Below are positions 22,946 through 31,466 of a DNA stretch of 55,965 nucleotides, in pieces (positions within the stretch are counted from its first letter, which is position 1; the number at the start of each line of letters is the position of its first letter). This stretch comes from a virus. Made by a program: the position numbers and the translations under genes. The stretch covers positions 1 through 55,965 of IMG/VR virus record IMGVR_UViG_3300027872_000003; one strand, given 5' to 3'. The notes below the pieces were generated by a model. The model worked only from the letters and a program-made list of their open reading frames with translations, had not been told where the DNA came from and did not search any database.

Positions 22946-23734
22946 TCACTCACCTGTATAAGTAAATCGAATTAAACGTTCAACCCATGGCGCCGGGTGA
23001 TCTTTATCGCCGAATACTTTGAAGCCATGATTTACGCCATCAACAATGTAGAGCTCGCCGGTAGATTTTACGGCAGCCATTCGACTGGATTGCTGAGAGC
23101 TGACAACCGTGTCATCACTGCCATGAAATAATAGGTATTTTTTAATGGGGAACCGGATATTGATTGGCGAGGCTGTCTGCTTCTTCCTGCCACTGCCACC
23201 GGTATAGGTGTCGATCATTCTTTGAACGGTTAAACTGAAATCATGTTGCCTGGTAAGTTGATACGCGCCATAGAAACCGATAAAGCCGTCAATGATGCTT
23301 GGGTAATATGCATAAGTCAGCGCCGAGATGTTCGCCCCGGCAGATGTTCCAAGAAGCACAACACGGGATGCGCCAACACGCTTTTTGATCTTCATTGCGG
23401 CAATCATGACGTTGTGTGTAGGTCTGGGCTTTGGCCCTGTAACGCTCAACGGTGCGGTCGGTGCACCATTCCGCGCGAGAGTGTAATTGACTGATGCGAC
23501 GTTTAAACCGTATCTGGCGGCCACATACTTTACCGCCTCACCTTGATCGAAATTTGCCGCACGCTTATCGCCTTTAACCCAACCGCCACCGTGGACCAAA
23601 ATCAATAATGTTTGGCTCTGTCCAGTGGCCAGATCATACCGGTGTTGTGGTTCTGGTCCGTACGACTGGTCAGGGAAATATTCAGCAAAACACGATAAGG
23701 GGAATGATAAAATCAGGAATATTGACCATTTCAT
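22946..23734 (-). CDS. secreted alpha/beta-hydrolase (esterase/lipase, HGGG-type)
   Basis: Sec signal MKWSIFLILSFPLSCFA. Oxyanion motif LVHGGGW, nucleophile GTSAG, and HGSDD / NHGF acid and His motifs. Confidence 0.7.
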   Translation of the reverse strand: MKWSIFLILSFPLSCFAEYFPDQSYGPEPQHRYDLATGQSQTLLILVHGGGWVKGDKRAANFDQGEAVKYVAARYGLNVASVNYTLARNGAPTAPLSVTGPKPRPTHNVMIAAMKIKKRVGASRVVLLGTSAGANISALTYAYYPSIIDGFIGFYGAYQLTRQHDFSLTVQRMIDTYTGGSGRKKQTASPINIRFPIKKYLLFHGSDDTVVSSQQSSRMAAVKSTGELYIVDGVNHGFKVFGDKDHPAPWVERLIRFTYTGE

Positions 23735-24213
23735 ACTTGTAACCCTGTTAGCATTTCAGTCTGTTTAGCTTCATCAATGTACAATTGTTCAGCGGCTGCA
23801 AAATGATTGACGGCTGCGATATAATCATCATGACCGATCCAGATTTTTTCACCTTCAACGTTTATTTCACGGGCAATGTCGACGAAGTAATCGGCTACAG
23901 CGTCACCGGCTGCAGCGGCGGTTTTAATCGCCCCGTAAGCAGCAACACCCGTTAACTTTATAACTTCGGAACCGGTTAGATATTTTTTATAAACAGGTTC
24001 GGCGGGGGGTAATTCGACCGTTGGCCGTTCCGCTTCGGTTCGGTTTCCGGTGTAGTTAAAATATACAAAACCAGGGGAAGACATTACCTCCCCCTCGTCG
24101 TCCTTAAAAACAGGGGGGACTTGGTGTAAGATAGGGCCGAACAGTTCGTCCGACTCCCCGTCGTAATCGATTAGACCACCGTTGTTATGCTCAATAGCTA
24201 TTGTTCTGCTCAT
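23731..24213 (-). CDS. hypothetical protein (possible fibre assembly/accessory, 160 aa)
   Basis: Coupled (4-nt overlap) to the upstream fibre-like gene. Call is by position only. Confidence 0.3.
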   Translation of the reverse strand: MSRTIAIEHNNGGLIDYDGESDELFGPILHQVPPVFKDDEGEVMSSPGFVYFNYTGNRTEAERPTVELPPAEPVYKKYLTGSEVIKLTGVAAYGAIKTAAAAGDAVADYFVDIAREINVEGEKIWIGHDDYIAAVNHFAAAEQLYIDEAKQTEMLTGLQV

Positions 24214-25253
24214 GCGAAAAACGCCTCCCCTGGTGCAAAGTTTTCTTTATTTCCGACTGCTTGAAACCACCTATCCAAGTCTACGCGGTCTTTCGATCTT
24301 TGCCCGTATATAGGCTGGAAGCTGGCGGTGCCCGTTACCTGTGCGTCTGAAATCCAAACAACTGAATCATCGCTTATAACTTGCGCCACTAGGTTACCGT
24401 TCGTCGAGTTGTCAGCAGGTACACCGCTATCAAGACCCCTAACAGGAAGGGGCATAGGCATATTCCCATCGTACGGCATAATTATCGTTTTTTGTGTAGA
24501 ACCTCGCTGCATAACGAACGATATAGCCGGACCGCTTAAGTCGTTGTTATCGGCCCGCAACCACGAACCTATAAGTATCTGTTTATCAGCGGTCATATAC
24601 GACATGCGCATATTAAACGACTGGTTAGTACCGCCGGAATCGACTTTCAAATCAACCGCGTTCTGTTTAACCCCTGCGTTCGTATATTCCTCTTTCTTGG
24701 CTAAGCCTGTGGCGTCGTCCTGATACACGATAACCCACGTACTGTTGAATGGATCAGAAGGATCGAGCGGATAGAAGACTGGTTTAGATGATGGGTCGAA
24801 TGTTACTGCTCCGCTACCCGCCGCCCAGACTGTCACCGCCGCCCCCGTTGCAATATCGACTTCAATTAATCTTAAGAACGAATTTACAGTGACATTGTTA
24901 TTGGTAAGCAAGTACATCTTCTGGTTTGTAGTATCTTCATAATATAAACCTGTGGCACCACCTAGTATTTGCCCCCCAGTATTAAACAAGGTCGCCCAAT
25001 CCACCGCCCCGCCAGGACGCTTACCCCGTCCCATAGATACGGCTGTGCTTAATGACGGGGCGACAGGAACAGCTATACCCGCGTAAACGTTACCCGCTAT
25101 AGGTAAGTCGCGACCAACATCCCACGGGTAGTTGCTGCCTCCCCCGGTGGTGAAACTCGTATTGTACGCATTGATTAGCGTGGCTGAATTGTTGGCAGGC
25201 TTTACACCTAGAAACCCTCTGCCTCCACCAAATCTATCATCAAAGTTTGTCAT
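24210..25253 (-). CDS. distal tail fibre / receptor-binding protein candidate (347 aa)
   Basis: ATG at 25253 has an ATGA overlap with the upstream stop. Gly/Asn/Thr-rich. Position is after the proximal fibre gene. Confidence 0.4.
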   Translation of the reverse strand: MTNFDDRFGGGRGFLGVKPANNSATLINAYNTSFTTGGGSNYPWDVGRDLPIAGNVYAGIAVPVAPSLSTAVSMGRGKRPGGAVDWATLFNTGGQILGGATGLYYEDTTNQKMYLLTNNNVTVNSFLRLIEVDIATGAAVTVWAAGSGAVTFDPSSKPVFYPLDPSDPFNSTWVIVYQDDATGLAKKEEYTNAGVKQNAVDLKVDSGGTNQSFNMRMSYMTADKQILIGSWLRADNNDLSGPAISFVMQRGSTQKTIIMPYDGNMPMPLPVRGLDSGVPADNSTNGNLVAQVISDDSVVWISDAQVTGTASFQPIYGQRSKDRVDLDRWFQAVGNKENFAPGEAFFA

Positions 25254-25756
25254 AGTGTTGCCCCTACAGTGCCGACTACAATTATTTTCCAGCCGATTAA
25301 GCCGGCGACCCATACAGCGGCAATTTTTGTGTTGTCTGCATTTGTTGAATTCATGACGAAATCTGTTGCCGAGCCTTCAATGCTCTGGCTATTTCGTCCA
25401 ATAGTCAGCGCGTTTACAGAATAAAGCTGATCTGTCACCTGCTCGAAAAACACAGTCGCGCCAACGAATAGATCTGCAATCGGCGGCAGATTCACAGTTA
25501 ATGCCGCGGAAGAATTGGCCGGTTGAACATTATCACCGACGGCGGCAGTAGTTGCATCAGCTCTACTAATACGTTTACCGCCTGTTGCGATTGCCTTATG
25601 TGTTTGAAGGTTGTCATCACCGACAGCGGGAGTTAGTGTTTGACCAGACTCGGTGATGGCATTCTGGACATCATTGGCGAAATCATTGAACTCATCCGCA
25701 TCGAGCTGGCCTGTTGGTCCACCGGTATTGTCAAACTTCGGCGTTAAATCTTTCAC
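25250..25756 (-). CDS. tail fibre protein, proximal part
   Basis: N-terminal L.A.EFNDFANDVQNAI motif typical of fibre N-termini. Follows the Mu gp48-like gene. Confidence 0.5.
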   Translation of the reverse strand: MKDLTPKFDNTGGPTGQLDADEFNDFANDVQNAITESGQTLTPAVGDDNLQTHKAIATGGKRISRADATTAAVGDNVQPANSSAALTVNLPPIADLFVGATVFFEQVTDQLYSVNALTIGRNSQSIEGSATDFVMNSTNADNTKIAAVWVAGLIGWKIIVVGTVGATL

Positions 25757-26341
25757 TTAATCGACTCCAAATATTATGTCGCAATTGTCTGGCTTCAGCT
25801 TAGTGAACAAACATTCCAGTATTGCAAATTGAGCACTACCAAACAGTATAGGAAATATTAGCGGAAAATTGTTACCAGAAAAGGGAAAAGTAACAACGAT
25901 GGTAAATTGTCCCTCTGGTTCTGCTATCCCCGCATCTATGCCAGATCCTACAATAGTACCGGGGAATCCCAAAATTGTTGCTAAATTAATAAAATCATCG
26001 CTTGTCTGAACACCTAATGAGGCAAGCTTAACCAATACGTGCAGACGCCTTATTTCTCGATCGGGTTCTTCTGCCCCCGGGAAGCATTCATCGGGTATGC
26101 CGACAGCCTGTTCCCAGTTCTCCAAAAACGATGTGCCTGGCTGCGATGGTATGAATTCGCTGTTGTATACGGCCATGAAACACTGAACATCCAGCAGTAC
26201 ACCGGATAGACCGAGCAATAAAGCATTTGTATTTGTGAGCGGTATTAATGCTGATTCCCATAACTCGCCACCAGGCAAATACGCCGCTAGTGATTCCTGC
26301 GTTTCAATCAGTAATTTATTGTCTATTACCAATCCTGTCAT
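25757..26341 (-). CDS. baseplate/tail protein, Mu gp48 / DUF2313 (YmfQ) family
   Basis: YLPGGELWE...LLLGLSGVLLDV...FLENWEQAVGIPDECFPG matches the DUF2313 pattern. Confidence 0.7.
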   Translation of the reverse strand: MTGLVIDNKLLIETQESLAAYLPGGELWESALIPLTNTNALLLGLSGVLLDVQCFMAVYNSEFIPSQPGTSFLENWEQAVGIPDECFPGAEEPDREIRRLHVLVKLASLGVQTSDDFINLATILGFPGTIVGSGIDAGIAEPEGQFTIVVTFPFSGNNFPLIFPILFGSAQFAILECLFTKLKPDNCDIIFGVD

Positions 26342-27942
26342 GGGAGCGCCGTATAGTCGTCTGTGCCGTGCGTTGGAAGTTCGCCGGTGCCAACAGTAAT
26401 ATCGCCTGTCGGCGAGCTCAATTCAAACGATGTGACAGTGAAACCGGTGTCTGGGTCGATAGTGTTGAATATGGCGGCCCTGTATGCGTCTTGATCAATA
26501 TCAACATTAACATCAACTTGTTCGCCGAAGAACTGATCCAAGTTAGCAGTGACCGCAGATCTCATTGTTGTCGAATCTGGCGCAAGGCCAGTAAAAACGA
26601 AGTTTTGAGGCAGTGCCGTTGGTGCGGCTGTATCCACAAAGGAGTCAGGAGTATTGGCCGGGGTAATCTCTAAAACAGCTGTATTTACATCGGCGATTTC
26701 CGGAGCCGTCGGTATTGGGTCTGCGTCAAGATCTCGAGTGAAGTATATCTGAACTCTGCCCAAAGGAATCACGCCGGTAGAAACAATCGTTCCAGTGGCT
26801 GGTGTCGATGGTGACCCGGAAACCAGATAAGCAAATGATGTCGCGCTTATGACTAAAACAGATGCGTCGGTGACGTTGTACGCTGCCTCGACCGCGCCAG
26901 TAACGGTTATTTGCGCAGCGTCAAACAATCCATGCGGCGAAGCCGTCACAACCTTTGCGAAAATATCGAACCGATTGATTGAAGTAATACTGACCGTGCC
27001 TATTTGCTGCCCTGATTTTTGAATGAATGTGCGGGTAACACCTGGGACTTCAGCTCTAATCTGTTGATCGATATCAGGCGTGGCAAAGTGAGATACAGGA
27101 TTTCTTATCTTATCGGTATAACGCTCTTTATATTCGGCATCTGTTTCCTCATCAGCGCCTCCGGACATTTGGGAAAAATCAACATTGGCAACATTGTCGA
27201 CGCCGGCAATCGGAGAAGCCAGGGAAAGAGGTGCATCCAATAGTTGGTTAGTTGCCGCGCCAAAAGGATCCTCTGGGTTTACAGGAACTAATGCTTGTAG
27301 CGGTACGCTTGCCGATGTGAAGTCAGCGGTTATGGTTCCTGTCGCTGGAGAAGTTGGTGTTGTTGCGATGGAGTAGGTAAATGTTTTAGCGCCGGTGACC
27401 TGTATTACCTGAGCGCCGTTATATTCAGTTTCTACGGCCCCCGCTATCGTCACGGCGACGTTTGACCCGAGCAAGTGATCATCGTCGGTGGTTACGGTTA
27501 CAATGGTTCCCAGCAAAGTAATACTGGCTACAGTGAGGCTTTGAGCGGTGACAGTGGCCGCAGCGGTTGATGAATATTGAACGCCAGACAATTGATAGAC
27601 GGTTGATATTGGAATAGGTGATGTTGCAACACCGGTCGCCGCTACATTGCCGACTGATCCTGTCGCCGCCGTTCTATCGCCAATATAAATGGATCCCCAT
27701 CGGTCCGCGAATTCATCCTCCGCGGTGTCCGGCATGTTCTGCTTAATCGCTTCTTTAAGCTGAAGAACATTGTCGAAAGCTCTGTTTGCGCCGGCAATAG
27801 GAATGGCACCAAGCCAACTAGCCTCGAAAAATACATTAGGCTTATTTACATTGGGTACTTTTTCAAGCTCACGCTGAACATCGGTGAGTGATTTTTGCAC
27901 CATTTCATCGGCTGTTTGCGGTAAGTTGTCTTCAAAGGCCAT
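26338..27942 (-). CDS. baseplate J-like protein (Mu gp47 / P2 gpJ analogue) with inserted repeat domains
   Basis: Position between the gp46-like and gp48-like genes, size, and 4-nt gene overlaps. Confidence 0.6.
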   Translation of the reverse strand: MAFEDNLPQTADEMVQKSLTDVQRELEKVPNVNKPNVFFEASWLGAIPIAGANRAFDNVLQLKEAIKQNMPDTAEDEFADRWGSIYIGDRTAATGSVGNVAATGVATSPIPISTVYQLSGVQYSSTAAATVTAQSLTVASITLLGTIVTVTTDDDHLLGSNVAVTIAGAVETEYNGAQVIQVTGAKTFTYSIATTPTSPATGTITADFTSASVPLQALVPVNPEDPFGAATNQLLDAPLSLASPIAGVDNVANVDFSQMSGGADEETDAEYKERYTDKIRNPVSHFATPDIDQQIRAEVPGVTRTFIQKSGQQIGTVSITSINRFDIFAKVVTASPHGLFDAAQITVTGAVEAAYNVTDASVLVISATSFAYLVSGSPSTPATGTIVSTGVIPLGRVQIYFTRDLDADPIPTAPEIADVNTAVLEITPANTPDSFVDTAAPTALPQNFVFTGLAPDSTTMRSAVTANLDQFFGEQVDVNVDIDQDAYRAAIFNTIDPDTGFTVTSFELSSPTGDITVGTGELPTHGTDDYTALP

Positions 27943-28394
27943 TATTCAGTCTCGGTGATTCCGCTGCGATCCCATAGCGGCAATAATCTTTTGTCTATCT
28001 GCCCGTTTGGTCTTTGTGTCTGGATCAATAAGTTCACTGAGCCGTTGGATAGATCAATATCACTAACAACCCTCAAAGCATAGTCCTCGTTTATAAGCCA
28101 TGCCAAACATTCATTAGCGGCTGAAATAATGCCATTGATTACCGACCGGGTTAGTCTTGACTGATAGTATAGCCAAATCTTTGAACCCCTTTCGAAATCC
28201 GGTGTCGATTCGTTACCTATCCAGCCCCTTCTAAGCTCTGGCCTTTCAACTTCAGATTCAGACGCGCGCTTTTCTTCATAAACTGAAACCAGTATAGCAG
28301 TATCGAAAAACGATTCAGTTTCAGCGTCGCCGTTTTCAGCAATACTGAAATCCCATGTCTTGCCTTTTGGCCTGTTTAATACCGCGTCTGTCAT
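27942..28394 (-). CDS. Mu gp46-like baseplate protein
   Basis: DFSIAENGD...FDTAILVSVYEEKRA...RRGWIGN matches the GP46 family pattern. Confidence 0.65.
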   Translation of the reverse strand: MTDAVLNRPKGKTWDFSIAENGDAETESFFDTAILVSVYEEKRASESEVERPELRRGWIGNESTPDFERGSKIWLYYQSRLTRSVINGIISAANECLAWLINEDYALRVVSDIDLSNGSVNLLIQTQRPNGQIDKRLLPLWDRSGITETE

Positions 28395-28720
28395 ATGCTA
28401 CAACCTAATTCACTGGATTTTGATTGTACAGCTGCCACTGCTTCGGCTTGTTTGGTTATCGTCGCCGCTTGCAGTGCCAACAGTTTGGTGGAAGGTCCTG
28501 AGTATGTGGCCACCACTGCCGTGATCCAGTCGACGATCTCGCCCAGATCCGCGCCGGGAACAGTGAGCAGCGGCAACAACTTGGCTAGTGAATCCGTAAT
28601 TGAAGCTAGAGATTCAGTAAATATACTTTCTATTTCCACGTTTAATTCAATTAATTCAGAACAATCTTTAACTCCGTCCACTCGCTTTATGAGTGAGTCA
28701 TAATATTCAACAGTTGCCAT
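28391..28720 (-). CDS. hypothetical baseplate-module protein (109 aa)
   Basis: ORF coupled on both sides. Confidence 0.45.
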   Translation of the reverse strand: MATVEYYDSLIKRVDGVKDCSELIELNVEIESIFTESLASITDSLAKLLPLLTVPGADLGEIVDWITAVVATYSGPSTKLLALQAATITKQAEAVAAVQSKSSELGCSI

Positions 28721-29202
28721 TATACTATTCCTGTAATTATGCCATCTTGAACAGTAATCACTTTCCCTTCACCACTTGAGAAACTGCCACTAGCCCCCGT
28801 CCCAACTGACACAGACCCGATAACAGTGAGAAAGTTTACATTGTTCCTGCTCTCATTTGCATTGGTTTCGAAGTTTGCGGACGGACCTTCAGCTGTCGCT
28901 GAAATATCAGTGTTTTCTTTATAGATTATACGGCTTTGTGTCAATGGATTAAAAAACGCCACCTCACCGCGCTTTAAATCTTTAACCCTATCCTGTGAGC
29001 GATCTGGAAGCAGAATAATATTGCCATCGTCGCCGCCGACTAGAGCGAATAAACACAGAGAATTTTCAGGTAGATTGTACGACATGCCATAAGGCGCATA
29101 AATCTCAGCGTCATCAACATCACCGTTTTTTGAATACTGCTGGATCCTAACGTCTTTATCGTCAGTACCCTCTTTTGTGATGTTTGCGCGGTCAAATCCC
29201 AA
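28720..29202 (-). CDS. Mu gp45-like baseplate assembly protein V / spike
   Basis: IYAPYGMSYNLPENS....LLPDRS...LKRGEVAFFN resembles the Gp45 N-terminal domain. Position fits. Confidence 0.6.
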   Translation of the reverse strand: MGFDRANITKEGTDDKDVRIQQYSKNGDVDDAEIYAPYGMSYNLPENSLCLFALVGGDDGNIILLPDRSQDRVKDLKRGEVAFFNPLTQSRIIYKENTDISATAEGPSANFETNANESRNNVNFLTVIGSVSVGTGASGSFSSGEGKVITVQDGIITGIV

Positions 29203-30286
29203 AGGGGCTGTCCTTTTTTTCTACCGGTGGCGGCTCTTGTAGTGAGACATTATAGGAATTTCTATCAACAAGTGAAAGTTTCGACAATGTACCACCTGAT
29301 CTGCTTTGGTGAAAGCGAACACTATCAGTCAGCATTATCTCATTTAGCCCGGCATATTCGTCGTTAACAGGAACCAGCTTATTGATTTCCCAAATCTTTC
29401 CACCCTTTGGCCTTACGCCTTGGACGGTGACCGAATAGTCACGGCTTTTGGCGCGTCGAATGTTGCCTTCCCATGTTGCCCGGGACTGACACTGTTCTGA
29501 TGAGGAAGATTTTTCAGCCTTTTTAACCAGCTGCCTATTTAATCCGAAATCAATCATTGTCTGGTCTTCAGCGCTGCCGACCTGGTTAACCGATTCCTCT
29601 GGATTTAATGAACCGGCAAAAACACTGGCTGATTCGTTTAACTGGGATTGAACAAAATATTTATCGTATCGCCTGGATAGGTCATAGGAAGCAGAGCCAT
29701 CAATGATATTACCACCACCGCCAAACAGATTGGTCAATGTAACGTTTAGCTCTTCTGTGCCAGTTCGATCGATAACGATATTGCCTAAAGCATCGGAGGT
29801 CAAAAGCACCTGTCTTTTTAGCGCGAGTTTATTGGCATACTCGAAAGCATTTTCACCGACGCTGGCACCAATTTTATCCTCAGTCTGTGAGAAGTCAGCT
29901 AAGCCTGAAACGTTATTGACAATAGATAATGTTGATTTGAGCTGTGTTAAAGCCTTCTGAATAGCTGCTTCTAGCGATATGTCGGTTAATATGGAGAAAG
30001 GTAGTAGTGATGAATCAATGAAGTTTGCGGCCTTGCTGCGGCCAGTCATTGTGATTGTATGGCCTTCTTTATTGTATCCCGGGGTAACTCTGAAGATATT
30101 CCCATCAATAAACAACTCGTTATCGATAACAATTTTTACAGCTTCACCACCGGTGAAAGGAATGGCCCTGTCATTTGGTCTGGCAATGACTATTGTGAAG
30201 TCCCTGACCAGGGCCCCCAATGACGCACCACACTCAACCGAAATTAATCGTTCATATTGAATGCCCTTGGCGTCTACAGTGATCAT
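29192..30286 (-). CDS. baseplate hub protein (Mu gp44/P, gpD-like)
   Basis: Size of 364 aa and position between the DNA-circulation-like and gp45-like genes. Confidence 0.55.
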   Translation of the reverse strand: MITVDAKGIQYERLISVECGASLGALVRDFTIVIARPNDRAIPFTGGEAVKIVIDNELFIDGNIFRVTPGYNKEGHTITMTGRSKAANFIDSSLLPFSILTDISLEAAIQKALTQLKSTLSIVNNVSGLADFSQTEDKIGASVGENAFEYANKLALKRQVLLTSDALGNIVIDRTGTEELNVTLTNLFGGGGNIIDGSASYDLSRRYDKYFVQSQLNESASVFAGSLNPEESVNQVGSAEDQTMIDFGLNRQLVKKAEKSSSSEQCQSRATWEGNIRRAKSRDYSVTVQGVRPKGGKIWEINKLVPVNDEYAGLNEIMLTDSVRFHQSRSGGTLSKLSLVDRNSYNVSLQEPPPVEKKDSPFGI

Positions 30287-30525
30287 GCGGTCAATATATC
30301 AACTTCACCGCTATAATACGATACGTTGATATCTTTGTTGAGATTTATCAAATCCTCGGCAAGCGCGCTATCACCGAAAAAATCAAATGATACCAGCCTA
30401 ACCGGGCGCGTGTTAACTTCAACCTGATCAACTCTTTTTGCAGATAGCTTTTGATCGTTTAATACCGCTTGCGTAGTTACCCGGATATCATCGAGGCTAT
30501 TAAGAACTTCTAAGCTCAAGCTCAT
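30283..30525 (-). CDS. hypothetical tail protein (80 aa)
   Basis: ORF coupled on both sides inside the tail module. Confidence 0.45.
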   Translation of the reverse strand: MSLSLEVLNSLDDIRVTTQAVLNDQKLSAKRVDQVEVNTRPVRLVSFDFFGDSALAEDLINLNKDINVSYYSGEVDILTA

Positions 30526-31466
30526 GCCACCACCTTTTCAAAAACTGATTCAAGATTGTTGGAAACCGAATCTATCTCGTCGACAGTACCGTATTCAATC
30601 AACCCTGCAGCCTGGTAAGCAACTGCAAGCGCGGATCCCTGTATAGTCTTATTCAGAGTGCTGTTGTTCAAAGCCCTCTCAGAGAGCCCTGTGGTGGTTT
30701 CAACGATAGGCGTGTCATCGTCACCGAAATCAAAGAACCGCCCTGATACCTCAAGGATTTGCTCTGGTTCGTCGTATATATTGGCAATGTCGCCCATTAG
30801 GTCAGTTATTTGTATGCCAAGCTCTTCAGGGTTGCTAATTAAACTGTTGATATTTTTTGAGAAGTCATTAACCGCGGCCTTGAATCCATTGGCCAGCCCG
30901 CCCGATATGGTTGCGGTGGTTACATTTTTAATCAGCGATATGACAAAGCCATCGAGCTTACCTTTTGCCGACTCAAAGTTTCCAGTCGATGTGCTTGTGA
31001 CCTTGAATTTATCTTTGACCTCGGTAGAAAATGAATCCAACACGACTAGTTTTTTCTGCGTAATCTCGCTACTGGTATTAATCAGCTTTGTCGGAATGCC
31101 TTCTGATTCGTCAAGCTCAAAAACAAGTGGGATTTCCACCCTGCCAAGCGCGCTCATCCTTTCTTCGAAATCGACGGGGAATGCAACAATATTTTCTATT
31201 CGGCCATAAAACGGATGAATCAGCGTTCCCTTTCCACCCTCTTCGATTTTGGCAAGTAACCTGTCCCTATCCTGTAAATAATTGGTTCCAGTGATGACGG
31301 CAGTGAGTTGGTACCCTCGAGGGTTTAGGCCTTGATCCTCAATAGAATTTTTGTTGCTGTTGATAAACTTGTGAATTATTTGAGCACGGCCAACTCTTGT
31401 CCGGGAAACAGTACAAGGAAACTCTACACCTTTGAAAGAGGCTGTGTGTAACTGTTCAATCGTCAT
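30522..31466 (-). CDS. DNA circulation protein-like tail protein (Mu gp43/N family)
   Basis: N-terminal ASFKGVEFPC....GR...IHKF pattern. Immediately follows the tape measure gene. Confidence 0.65.
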   Translation of the reverse strand: MTIEQLHTASFKGVEFPCTVSRTRVGRAQIIHKFINSNKNSIEDQGLNPRGYQLTAVITGTNYLQDRDRLLAKIEEGGKGTLIHPFYGRIENIVAFPVDFEERMSALGRVEIPLVFELDESEGIPTKLINTSSEITQKKLVVLDSFSTEVKDKFKVTSTSTGNFESAKGKLDGFVISLIKNVTTATISGGLANGFKAAVNDFSKNINSLISNPEELGIQITDLMGDIANIYDEPEQILEVSGRFFDFGDDDTPIVETTTGLSERALNNSTLNKTIQGSALAVAYQAAGLIEYGTVDEIDSVSNNLESVFEKVVA

